A DNA stretch of 63,928 nucleotides, filler included, from Octopus bimaculoides (taxonomy: Eukaryota): NCBI RefSeq assembly GCF_001194135.2. It is 8 parts of 7 records of this genome, joined end to end, with 100 filler letters (N's around TTAATTAATTAA, not from the genome) between each part and the next. Parts side by side here need not be neighbours in the genome. Positions count along the whole stretch, not along the records: positions 40,442 to 62,422 come from NC_068986.1; 7 more parts are not named here. The stretch is one strand, 5' to 3'. Below the pieces are notes generated by a model, which saw only the letters and a program-made list of their open reading frames with translations, was not told the origin of the DNA and ran no database searches. How positions within the stretch are numbered: the first letter of the stretch is position 1; each line of letters starts with the position of its first letter. This document shows, piece after piece, positions 50,210-62,183 of the stretch. The position numbers were made by a program, and so were the translations under genes.

Positions 50210-51159
50210 GTCTTTGAAAATGTATAAAAGAGTCTATTCTTTTTTTTTTTTTTTTTTTTTTGGAGAGTCCATGATATTCAAACTATTTATTCCAGACAGA
50301 GTTTTCCAACCAGAAACCTCTTACAACCATGTATTTGAAGTGGACAGTCATAAACAAAATTGATAGATACCATAAGATTGACACCAGATAAAAATAAAGG
50401 TGCCTAAAATTAACTAAGAAATTTAGCTAAGGCTACTACTGATTCAGACACATGATTTGTAAGTGTCTTTTCAAGTCAGGGAAGTAAAAGAGGGAAAATT
50501 TAATGCATCTAGAAACAGAAATAAAAGATTTCAGTTACAAAAGAAAAATATTTTAGCAAAAACAATATAAGTAGGTCTGCAAAGTCCTATTGATTATAAT
50601 TTCATATAGGTTCTTGAATAGAACATCTGAATATTGTATCAAGGTAAACTTCAATATCATTTTATAAAAGATGCTTAAGCGAGAGTACAGTTATTTGTTT
50701 GCAAACGAATCATATTATATAGAAAGAGTTATCAACATGTATTATTCTGAATGTATATTTGCTCTTAGTTTTCTGAGAGGCAAATACTTGTATTGATCCT
50801 TAATGATGTTCTGGAATATCAGATATCTACTGTTTCTATTCAGTTTCTACATTAACAAATGTTCAATTTCTCTAATACTGGCAAATCATTATTCTTCATA
50901 AAGAATCTGCCATTTACAATTAATTTTCATTTTATTCTTCCTTTGTTAATTGTAAGTGAGGCCTGTGTCAATACAAAATAATACAATGATAAGTAGTTAA
51001 AAACATGTTCAATGACATTTTAAAATGTATTTCTGAAAAATTCATTTATTGTTTTAATTAATTAATTTATTCATTTTATTTATTTTATCTATTTCATTTA
51101 TTGGAAGTTGTTAGGAAATTGTAACTAAACTCTGTACAAACATTTTTGTTAAACTTTCT

Positions 51160-51300
51160 TTTTCTAGTTTCAGTCATTGGACAGCAGCCATGCTGGATCA
51201 CCATCTTGAAGAGTTTTAGTTGAACAAACCAACCGCAGTACTTATCATTTTTATAATTCTATCAGTCTCTTTTGCCAAACTGCTAAGTTACAGGGATGTA
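51160..51300 (-). mobile_element. SINE family A tail fragment
   Basis: TTTCAGTCATT...GCCATGCTGG...TTCTATCAGTCTCTTTTGCCAAACTGCTAAGTTAC is the reverse of the 43140-43300 tail. Further copies at 56890-57090 and 61965-62085. Confidence 0.75.
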
Positions 51301-51309
51301 TGTATATGT

Positions 51310-52025
51310 TGTTGTGGAAGGACTCCAACCACCCCCATGTGATTAAAAGCAATTCATTGTAGCAAAGAGCATTTAACCTCATGTAACAGTAATTGTAGTG
51401 CATTGTGTAAATACGTCTTTCTCCCTGCTTCGTTAAATTATATATCCAATACCAGGATATAAAAGTGGCAATGAATTGTTCAAAGCTTGTGTTGGATATT
51501 TAAATTTTTTTCTTTTTTCAGTACAAAACCAAAGAAAAATCATTTTAGCATAAAGGACATATTAACCAATTTTTAAAAAAAATTCAAAGAAAAAACAGCC
51601 ACAAGAATTACAATCCCTGCAGAAGTATTGTATGACACGTTTGAGGTACCAACACCCAAACAATTTGAAACTGCACATTCTAGCACCAGGAAATAGAAAA
51701 GAATGGAAACACTGGAAATGTACCTTAAGTGTAAGAGATATTAAAACTCTGAGTAGAGTTTAATTCTCAAGAGGGGAGAAGTTAAGGGAGACTAATTCTA
51801 AAAAGGGAAGATGTTGTGAAAGGATTCCGATCACCCCCCTGTGAATAAAAGTGGCTGACACATTACTATAAAATAAAGAACTGTGAGCAGTTGATGGGCA
51901 AGCAGTTCACTGTGAGCCAATGGCAGAGAGCATTTAACCTCATGTAATAGTAATTGTAGTGCATCGTGTAAATACTTCTTTCCCCCTGCTTTGTTAAATT
52001 ATAAATCCAACACCAGGATATAAAA
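51310..52025 (+). mobile_element. TRIM-like / internally deleted LTR retroelement
   Basis: Direct repeats at 51310-51464 and 51812-52025, both starting TGTTGTG. TGG-initiated PBS-like sequence at 51466, polypurine tract AAAAAGGGAAGA just before the 3' LTR, and flanks TATGT/TATAT. Confidence 0.8.
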
Positions 52026-52031
52026 TATATA

Positions 52032-52200
52032 CAAGGTGCGATGGGTAAATTGTCGCCATTTTATATTATTAATTCCACGCATGCACATCGTTTGTTTTGG
52101 ATTTTATCAACTACACAGTATCGTAGGGGCAGTTGGGTAACATCTGTGAGAAAAACAGAGATTTGAAAATAACATGCTGTACTACTTGGTATTCATGCCA
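52032..52200 (+). mobile_element. Possible Tc1/mariner terminal fragment
   Basis: TA|CAAGGTGCGATGGGTAAATTGTCGCC resembles a mariner-type TIR start; no partner TIR seen. Confidence 0.35.
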
Positions 52201-53404
52201 GTGATATTAAAACACCAACTGTCCCAGACTGCTTTGTACTTATGAATAGAGTGTGTTGTGAAAACATATGTCATATTGGAGAAGTTGTTCTCCTGCAATG
52301 AACCACAACAGTAATTAAATTAGCATATTCGCATTCAAATCTACCAAAACATATTAAGATTAAACATGCAAGTAAGCATCTACACATATATGCTAACATA
52401 AATTATTCTTGATATTAGGAACAGTGAATTTGTAATCTGTTGCATCTATGACCAACACTTTTAATTTTATATAACTTTGGTTTCGTATCCCATTAAGAAA
52501 TCATCGATGTTGAGATGTGCAGAATCGTTGACAAGGAATAAAACTTCTGACTCATTGGTTATGCTGACATTATTTTGAATCTCTACTTGTATAGGATCTT
52601 CATGTCTATTGTTATAATTGTTCAAGTAGTACAGACAAACAGAGGTAGGAGAGGAGACTTTGGGTTGACTTTGCCAGGAGAGGGAGCTGGTAGAATAAGA
52701 ACTACTTATCATACCTATAATTCACTTCAGAAACTGGTGACTTTGGGCAAATGGAATAAGTGAGATTTTATATTATATATTTCAAGTATGTTCTAGGTTA
52801 TATTATGTTTTGCACTTTATATTAAAACAGGAAATGAGTTCATTGATAACATCAATTACGAGGGAAAAAAGAAAACATCTGTAGTTGTATTAAAAACAGA
52901 TGTTTTCAGTTTAGATGGGATGAATGGCTGATGACGATGATGACAATAGTGACAATAACAATGGCATGACATGGCATGGAGTGACAGAGCTTACAGCATG
53001 CCTAGAAACAATCTCCATCTCTTGCACCCAGCATAACTGATATAAAAATGTTAATTAGCATTGAACTTCAGCATTTTCTCAATATTCTGAAAGCTGCCTC
53101 CCCCCTCTGTTGTTGTTGTTGTTGTTTCAAACATTATGTTGAAATATAGGAGACAGCAATTGTAGGTCCCTTTTTTAAATGTGGTTTATTGAAGAAACAG
53201 GTCGGCTGGTCTCTCAACTGCAAAGAAGCTCTTTCTTCCTGGTTCAGTTGGGACTAATGTTTTATAGCTGGATGTTGTGTCAAACAAACAGGATATATAT
53301 ATATATATTCCATCTCATGCACAGAAGACATGTGTTAAATTATGACAGAATTCAGTTTCTCTCTTTAAACATCGTTATATCTTCATTCGTCTGAATCTCT
53401 CTCT

Positions 53405-53445
<41 letters not shown>

Positions 53446-53705
53446 TATCCCTTTAAGTGTTTTGTTTTTTCTTCACCTCCTTAGCAACATCAATCTGTAC
53501 ATTTTCTTATCAACCTATTCCTCTCATTTTCTTTATTTCTCTTCTTTTAATAAATTTTTTTTTTACTTCTGTTAACAACTATTCCACATTTTTTCTCTTA
53601 ATGTTTCTTACTCCACTTTTCACTTGTTCTCATTTTTGTCTTCATGCTTTCACAACAACCATTACTTTCTTTCCTTTTTTTTATTCCTATTTAAATCAAA
53701 CTTTT

Positions 53706-53756
<51 letters not shown>

Positions 53757-53860
53757 ATTCAAGCTCAGAACTATTACACACTTATTACATTAATCATTTC
53801 TATAAATATAAGTCTACTTTCTACCTTTTTCTCTCATTTGACATCATTTCATTTTAAATT

Positions 53861-53914
<54 letters not shown>

Positions 53915-54715
53915 CACTACCATTATCACCACCACCACTACCACCACCACCACCACCTCTACCATCACTACCATTACCCTCACAAGACCAACACCCCACT
54001 AGCACTGCCACCAATGATGTTGATGTTGTTGATGGTGTTATTATTATTGTTGTTATCATTGCAACTCATATAATTTTAGCTGTTGAATATTTTCTTTAAT
54101 TCTATATTTTCTGCTATCATTCTCACTTACATTCTAACAGGCTTTTGTAATAGTAGTTTTCTCTTTACTCTCCCACTTCTAATTAATTTATTTTTAACAT
54201 ACCGCTATTATCATTATTATTTTTCTTTATTTGTTTTCTTCTATCAATTTCAGCTTTTCTACCCTCTTAACACAAAACTATACTCAAATGGAACCATTTA
54301 TGTCATGTCTCACACAATCTGCTTCTCTCTTTCCATTTATGTCTTTTTTACAGTCTAGATGTTTTTCTATCTTCTTTATACCTTTTAGACAGTCATTTTC
54401 TCATCCCACAACTCATATATTTAATAATTTTATATTTTTCGAAAATCATTATTATTTTTTTTTAATCTCTCTTTCAATCTATTTTTTCCTCTTTATGAAC
54501 TTCTGTTTGCTCCACCCCAAAAATATATCAATTTTGTAATGATCAGATAAGTATTTATCATTTGAGATTAATTTCAGAATTTGTTTTATTGTAAATCATC
54601 CTCAGTGACAGTATCATCGTCATCATCATCAGCAGCAGCAGCACTTTGACATCTGTGTTTCTATGCTAGCATGGTTTAAATATCATCATCATCATCATCA
54701 TCATCATCATCGTCG

Positions 54716-54754
<39 letters not shown>

Positions 54755-54960
54755 TCATCATTTAATGTCTGTTTTCTATGCTGACATATATTGGATGGTT
54801 TGACAAAAAACTGGCTGGTATCCCCACTAAGTTCCATTGTCTATTTTGCCATGCTTTCTACAGCTGGATGCCCTTCCTAATGCCAACCACTTTATAGAGT
54901 GTACTGGGTGCTTTTTACATGGCAGCAGCACCAACAGAGTCACCAAGTACCTTGTAAGAC
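54755..54960 (-). mobile_element. RTE-X/SINE 3' tail
   Basis: TTTCTACAGCTGGATGCCCTTCCTAATGCCAACCAC, preceded by (CAT)n/(CGT)n. Confidence 0.75.
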
Positions 54961-55399
54961 AAAAAAACCCTCAACTGACAGGGTGTAACTTAGTGCCAGT
55001 TGAGAGATTAAAAGTATAAAGGGATAGAGATAGATGTCTTGCTGTAGAGTAGATACATGGATACACCAGTCAGAAAAGGAAGGAGAGTGAGTTAGAGAGT
55101 AAGGTGAAGAAAGTGATAGTGAGAGAGATAATGATTAAAATATGTTGGGACATGCCCTTGAGGGGTGGTGAGAATAGGTGAGGGGATACACAGGTTGAGC
55201 ACTGGAGTTGATGTAATCAAAACTGCTGGCCTCTCCCAAAATTACAGGCCTTATGCCAAAATTTGAAGTCAATATTACACACTTAATTTATGCCTTTTGT
55301 TGTTTACATGAAAAAAAGTAAACCTGCGTTTTTATATTTCTCAGCCTAGACTGAGTGTAGCTAAGGTACATAGGGATACTGGATCAAATACCAGGTGCC

Positions 55400-55680
55400 C
55401 CAGATCAGGTGATAGCTTCAGGTTTGGGATGCAAGAAGCATTATGTTTATTGACTATCTTCTAAAAAGTCTTACCATCAATGGAGAGTACTATATCAACT
55501 TGCTGAGGCAGTTACGAAAGGCTATCAAGACCAAATGCCCAAGAAACCTGACAAAAGGGTTTTGTTTCATCAGGACAATGCTCCAGCACACAAATCTTCA
55601 TTTCAATGGCTGCTGTGCATGACTGTGGCTTTGAACTGGTTGATCACTTGCCCTATTCTCCTGATTTGGCCTCATCTGGT
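55400..55680 (+). mobile_element. mariner catalytic-domain fragment (same family as 22669-23292)
   Basis: WDARSIMFIDYL...INGEYYINLLRQLRKAIKTK, VLFHQDNAPAHKS and DHLPYSPDLASS. Confidence 0.88.
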
Positions 55681-57100
55681 GGTAGTGGCAGTGGTGGAGG
55701 TGGTGTTGGTGGCAGCAGCAATGGTGATGATAATGTTGATGACAAGGATGACAATGCCAACAACAACAACAATGATTGTGAGCAGAGTGGTGGTTCAGTG
55801 TAGATGTTTGAAGAGGGAAAGTGTAGGTGAGTGTTTGTGATATCAAGGATAAATCTTTCTAAAATGTTTGAGGCTGTGCCAAATGGCATAATGGGTATGA
55901 GTGTTGCAACTTCACTTGGCAGTTTAACACGATTAGTTGCAGATATAGTAGAGATCCATCCGTGGTTTAGGTGTAAGTTTGTAATTTTTATCAGACACTG
56001 AGTGTTCTTTCATTTATTTCACTATTGATTTTCTGATGCCTGAAGAGAGGGTTTGAAGCCATGATCAACATATGATGTGGTATGGCCATTATTGCTGGTG
56101 ATGGAAGTGGAAGGAAATTTGGCACTGGTGGTGGTGGTGGTGGTGGCACTGTACTAATTATTTTGAATATTGTTTTACTACTTGATTATTTAGTTTGTGT
56201 TGGATACAAATGTTTGCCAATTTTCTGTTTCCCTATAGCTTATTTCCTTTAATATTTTTATTTATTTATTTTTTTAATGTTTGACTTCATTTGTTGTGTA
56301 CAGGATTGTTATATGATATTAGAATTTACTTCTGTTTTTATCAGATTGGCTACTAAAATAGCTAATCAGAAAAAATTACACCAAAAGTAGTGTAAGTGAT
56401 CTTGTATACCTTTAGGTTACTTTGTGGAATATGAATTTTGTTCCCCTTAATGCATCCATAACTATAACCTTTTGTTGCAACATTTGTAAAAATTTATCCC
56501 CTGAACATCTCCTCTCCTTTACTTTATTCCAGTTATTATGTTTCCACAACAGCCTCCTCCAACAATAAAAGCTATCAGCTACATCTAGCAAGCCATCTAA
56601 ATAGTTCATAAACTTTATAGGTGTCCTTATTGCTAATTAATAGAACCTTAGATGGTGCTATATCATATTTGAAGTTTAGGTGATGTCAGTATCTAACATA
56701 ATAATGTAAAATAAATAACATTCCTTTCATTTGATGTTCTCATATTCATTTTGTTCCTTAATTTTTGCAATAACTCCATTATAATCAATTAATTTATTTC
56801 CTGATACAACAAATAAAGCAGTTTAACCCTTTTGTTACCATATTTCTGTTGACATGCACTATGTTTGTTTCAACTGGTCTTTTATCATTTATCTTTCACT
56901 TGTTTCAGTCATCTAACTGCAGCTATGCTGAGGCACCGCCTCAAAGGGTTTTAGTTGAACAAATCAACTCCAGGACTTATTCTTTTTAAGCTTAGTACTT
57001 ATTGTATTGGTCTCTTTTGCCAAACAACTAAGTTACGGAGACATTAAAGCACCAACACTGGTTGTCAAGTAGCAGTGAGGACAAACACACACACTTATAG

Positions 57101-57165
<65 letters not shown>

Positions 57166-57167
<2 letters not shown>

Positions 57168-58425
57168 GGGGTTAGACAAAATAATGGAAATGCCTAGCAT
57201 CATAACATCATAATATTGAAATATCTATAAAACTGTCAAATGCTTGTTTATTTTTATAATTTTTGATTTATTATTAGTGTTGCTAAATATGTTTTAATAA
57301 AATTGCTGTTTCTTTTCAGATATCATCAGAAAAAGATAATTAAAATTCATTAGAATGACAGATCTATCAGACTTTCAAAGAGATCAAATTATTGGTGCTT
57401 GTATGGCAGGTGCTAGCGTAACGAAAACAGCCGAAATGTTTGGTGTATCAAGAAGTACTGTCTCGAAAGTAATGACAGCCTTTGAAAAAGAGGGAAAGAC
57501 CTCTTCATCAAAACAAAACTCTGGAAGAAAACCAGAACTTTCAGATAAGGACTGTTGGACATTTATGCAAATTGTTAGAAAGGATCACAAAAGTACAGCT
57601 CCCAGAATTGCTGCAGTGCTTAATGGCCACCTTGAGAACCCAGTTTCCACAGAAACTGTTCGCTGGGAGCTGCACAAAGCCAGATTTCATGGGAGGGGTG
57701 CAATCAGAAAACCACTACTTTCAAAAGCAAATGTTGCAAAGCGTTTAGAGTGGAGTAAAAACCTACAGAATTGGTCCCGAGATCAGCAGAAGAAAGTTAT
57801 TTTCTCGGACAAGTCATCCTTTACCATATTTCCGACCACTGGCTGGGTATACATGTAGAGACAGTTAAAAGAAGCATTTGACCCACACTGCCTTCTTCCA
57901 ACTGTTAAACATGGAGGAGGATCTGTGAAGATCTGGAAATCTTGGAAATCCGCTGGCCCAACAGCTTCCCTTCATAGCAGAATTAATAGTCAAGACTATT
58001 TAAGCATTTTATCTGATCAAATCCATCTTATGGTTGCAGAACTGTTTCCGGAGAGAAACACAATCTTTCAGGATGATAAGGCACCAATTCACACAGTTAA
58101 AGTTGTTACTGAATGGCACGAGGAACATTCTAGTGAAGTTGAACATCTTTTCTGGCCACCACATACCCCAGATCTCAATATTATTGATCATCTATGGTGC
58201 ATTTCAGAAAAACAAGTAATGAGTCGATATCCTCCACCATCATCACTACAAGAACTGTTTCAGCTGAAGAATGGCCAAAAATTCCTATGGAAACAATTCA
58301 AACTTTATATGAGTCCATACCTTGTAGAATTCAAGCTGTAATTACTGCCAAAGGTGGTCCTACCTCATATTAAAATAAATCTGTTTGAAATTTTAAGGTG
58401 TTTCCATTATTTTGTCCAGCCCCTA
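57166..58425 (+). mobile_element. Full-length Tc1-family transposon (~1260 bp, ~30-bp TIRs), transposase with stop/frameshifts
   Basis: TIRs CAGGGGTTAGACAAAATAATGGAAATGCCT and AGGTGTTTCCATTATTTTGTCCAGCCCCTA. Transposase 57355-~58370 has paired-like HTH, GRKP, VIFSD, KHGGGSV, FQDDKAPIH and WPPHTPDLNII. Inserted in TA/CA microsatellite. Confidence 0.95.
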
Positions 58426-58458
58426 TATATACATACATACATGCATATAAATGTATGA

Positions 58459-58489
<31 letters not shown>

Positions 58490-58491
58490 CA

Positions 58492-58641
58492 ACAGGCTTC
58501 TTTTAGTTTCCCTCTACCAAATCTACTCACAAGGCTCTGGTTGGCCTGAGGCTATAGTAGAAAACACTTGCACAAGGTGCCACATGGTAGGACTGAAACC
58601 AGAACCATGAGGTTGGAAATCAAACTTCTTACCACAAAGCC
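58492..58641 (-). mobile_element. SINE family A head
   Basis: Reverse complement of the 4565-4730 head. Confidence 0.8.
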
Positions 58642-59285
58642 GCTGAAAATTTAATTTAATTTAATTTAAGCTTATCTTTGGAACATAATTTAATAAAATG
58701 TTTTGATGGAGAGCTTTAATATTTACAACAGGTAGATTGTATCATAAAACCAGGGACATTTTCAGGAAGGTTAATATCAAAAGGGTTATGGTTTACCAAC
58801 ATGTGATTGCCATGAAATACAAGACATAGTCTGATAATCAATACTCATAATGGTACTGGTAAAAACAAAGTCCATAATGGAGTGAAGAATAGCCATTTAT
58901 AGAATTTCTGTCCATAATGACAACCAAAATTTGAAATAAGATGAGAGAACAAACAAATCAAATGTCTTAATCACTTAAAAGCTATGGCTTCAAATACAAT
59001 TAAGATCAAAAAAGTAATAAATTCTACTAAAGTTCTCATCTAAAATTCATGAGAAACTATTTAAACATGCAAAGCTAAAACTATTTCAATTTTCTTTCTT
59101 CTTTTTCAGTTTGTTATTTAGTTCCAACTAGCCAATTCTTGATTCACTGCCAACTGTGAAAAGGAAGTAGTGAGTGTAAAACTAAGACAGAACAAATATC
59201 ACAAGGAAACCCATTAAAAAAAACTGTTTTGTTTTTAGTTTTATTTCTGATTTTTATACCCTTTGAGGATATACAATGCCTAAAG

Positions 59286-59324
<39 letters not shown>

Positions 59325-59325
<1 letters not shown>

Positions 59326-59475
59326 GGCAGGCTTCTGCACAGTTTCCATCTACCTAATTCCACTTAAAAGGATTGGCCAACACAATGCTGTGGTAAAAGA
59401 CAGTTGCCTAAAGGGTTGTGCAATAGGATCAAACAAAAACCCTATGGTGGCCAAGTGAACTTCCGAAAATACAAC
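59325..59475 (-). mobile_element. SINE family A head (diverged)
   Basis: GGCTTCTGCACAGTTTCCATCTACC...GACAGTTGCCTAAAGGG...AAACCCTATGGT. Confidence 0.6.
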
Positions 59476-59599
59476 CATACTTGCAGTCAAATAAAGCATG
59501 AAATGATCTGACACACAGAATTAAGTTAGGCTAATTTAAATTATTATTTCTAAGAAAAAAATTATATCAAACTTTATAGAAAACTGATGAATCATCAGA

Positions 59600-60000
59600 A
59601 TGCAGATGTGAGGAAAGAAGAGATTGTGCAATTAACAAATGAGAGCCTAATGAAGGAGATGACAGAGGACCGAGATATGTGACACATTGTTGCACTCAAG
59701 AAGATCCGACCACCACAGCAGAATTGACATTCAAAATCCAAGGTGTTACATAAAAGCATTAGTGTTGATGTTGGTTCCACATAAAAAGCATTAGTGCGGG
59801 TGCCACATAAAAAGTACTGGTGATGATGCTATGTAAAAGTATCCTGTACACTCTGTCAAGTGGTTGGCATTAGGAAGGACATCCAGCCATAGAAACCAAG
59901 CCAAAACAGACTATTGAACCTGGTGTGGTCCCTGGCCTTGCCAGTTCCTGTCAAGCTATCTGCCCCATGCCAGCATTGAAAACAGATGTTAAATGATGAT
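59600..60000 (+). mobile_element. 5'-truncated RTE-X-like LINE: ORF terminus + 3'UTR + (GAT)n tail
   Basis: SLMKEMTEDRDM*HIVALKKIR resembles the LINE C-terminus MTxDRDLWRYAVxEKTR; followed by ACATAAAAAGCA repeats and the AGGAAGG.CATCCAGC tail. Confidence 0.75.
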
Positions 60001-60463
60001 ATATTGTGTACCCCTTGGTGGTCAATTATCATTGAAGAGACACTCTTTTCTAGATTAAGTTAAGTTGAAGCAGATTTAAAAGTTTGAAATTTAAATCAAA
60101 GAGTAAAGAGTGTATATACTGAGTATACATATTTAATGTTAAATAGATTGTCCATTAAGTATTGTATAGAAAATATCCAATAAAAAACGTAGAGAAAGGA
60201 TATGAATGATAAGTAACCATCTCTTATATGTGAATTTATAAAGCATTAGTAATTTTTCTTTATGACTATTGTATGATATCCAAGGAAACCAGATACTGTA
60301 GTTGCTATGAAGAAAAAGTGTATGTAATCAGTGATATTGCAATAGCTGGATTTATTAGAATTTCAAACCTTAGAAAAAGAACAAATTATTTAAATATTTT
60401 AGGTGGTGATTTTGTTTTAGTTGTTATTTATTTATTTATTTATTTATTTGAGATTATTTTTTT

Positions 60464-60625
60464 AGGCATGGCTGTATGGTAAGGAACCTCCTTCCTAACC
60501 ATATGGTTTCAAGTTTAGTCACACTGCATGGCATCTTGGACGAATGTCTTCTACTACAGCTCCAGTCTGACCAAAAACTTGTGAGTGGATTTGGTTGACA
60601 GAAACACAAAGAAGCCCATTTTGTG
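60464..60625 (+). mobile_element. SINE family A head
   Basis: AGGCATGGCTGTATGGTAAG...CATATGGTTTCAAGTTTAGTC...GTGAGTGGATTTGGT.GAC.GAAAC...AGAAGCCC. Confidence 0.8.
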
Positions 60626-60626
60626 C

Positions 60627-60663
<37 letters not shown>

Positions 60664-60674
60664 AATATATATAT

Positions 60675-61254
60675 ATCATCATCATCATCGTCATCGTTTA
60701 ACATTCGCTTTCCATGCTAGCATGGGTTTGACGATTTGACTGAGGACTGGCGAACCAGATGGCTGCACCAGGCTCCAATCTGATCTGGCAGAGTTACTAC
60801 AGCTGGATGCCCTTCCTAACGCCAACCACTCCGAGAGTGTAGTGGGTGCTTTCACGTGCCATCGGCACGAGGGCCAGTCTGGCGGTACTGGCAACGGCCA
60901 CGCTCAAATGGTGTTTTTTACATGCTTCCTGCATAGGAGGCAGTCCAGTGGCACTAGCAACGACCTCGCTCAAATGTTTTGTTCACATGCCACTGGTACA
61001 AGTGCCAGTAAGGTGACGCTGGTAACGATCACACTCAAATGGTGCTTTTTACATGCCACCGGCACGGAAGCCAGTCAGCTGCTCTGGCAGTGATCCTGCT
61101 CAGATGGTGCTGTTAGCGCTCCACTGGCACGGGTGCCAGTCATCGAATTTGGTTCAATTTCAATTTCACTTGCCCCAACAGGTCTTCGCAAGCAGAGTTT
61201 AGTATCCAATAAAGGAAGGTTGGCATAGGTGCCAGTCGTCAAATTTGGTTCAAT

Positions 61255-61255
<1 letters not shown>
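60675..61255 (-). mobile_element. RTE-X-like LINE 3' end with ~60-bp tandem-repeated 3'UTR
   Basis: (CAT)n tail, conserved AGGAAGGGCATCCAGC, about 4-5 diverged units (CTCAAATGGTG...ACATGCC...GGCA) and an LLAKTCWGK*-like ORF end. Confidence 0.8.
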
Positions 61256-61312
<57 letters not shown>

Positions 61313-61321
61313 AGCAAGAAT

Positions 61322-61851
61322 ACTAGACAGCACCAGTTTCACCAGAAATAGGAGTCAAAAGCAACTCAATTAGCCACAAGCATTGAATGTTAACAAGCTA
61401 ATGAAATTCAGGGAGCAAGAAAAAAATAGCCATCATACCAAAGTGAGGGCTGTCACAAATGAAATTGCAGATATATCCATATCATGTGTTCTATTCAAAA
61501 TAAAGTCAAACATTTGATTTTTTATGGCCTTAAGACACAAAAATACAAAAGACCAACCTACAGATTGCTTGCCTAACACTTACATTAATTAGAACACCTT
61601 TTGTTAAACAATATGCTAAATATTATGCCCCAGGCAGCAAGACCCACTGAGAAGGACTAAGAGAATTATCTCAGAGTTCAAAATCACATGACATGGGTAT
61701 ATCTGCAATTTCAGTTGCTATTGGCTCTCACTTTGGCATGTTGGCTATTTTTTCTTGCTCCCCTGATTTCGTCAGCTTGTTAACTTTCAGTGCTTGTGAC
61801 TAATTGAGTGACTTTTGACCCCTATTTCATGTAAAACTGGTGCTATCTAGT
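61322..61851. mobile_element. MITE/fold-back element with ~165-bp terminal inverted repeats
   Basis: 61322-61488 and 61685-61851 are about 80% reverse-complementary; termini ACTAGACAGCACCAG / CTGGTGCTATCTAGT; spacer about 195 bp. Confidence 0.9.
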
Positions 61852-62183
61852 TCTCTTGTTTATACATTTGCCTTTTGGCTATTTTGCTAACTAGCCACCT
61901 ATATTATTATTATTTATTAATAATAATATCTTCCTTATCTATATATTTTTTTATTCTTTTATACTTTTACTTGTTTCAGTCATTTGACACTGGCCATGCT
62001 GGAGCACCGCCTTTAGTCAAACAAATCAACCCCCGAACTTATTCTTTGTAAGCCAAGTACTTATTCTATCGGTCTCTTTTGCCGATATATATATATATAC
62101 ATACATACATATGTGTGTGTGTAGGTGTGTTTATACATATATGCATATATACATACATACATACATATAATATATATATATAT

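Noticed and set aside
52575-52763. GDFGL (kinase DFG-like) in a plus-strand ORF
   Set aside because: No other kinase subdomain motifs (HRD, APE) at the appropriate spacing.
56412-56609. ORF possibly from a Helitron helicase or PLE
   Set aside because: Only 3-4 residue resemblances; no colinear motif set.
60840-61140. ~60-bp periodic repeats as a CRISPR-like array
   Set aside because: The units are diverged along their whole length with no repeat/spacer alternation, lie in a LINE 3'UTR, and the DNA is eukaryotic with no cas genes.
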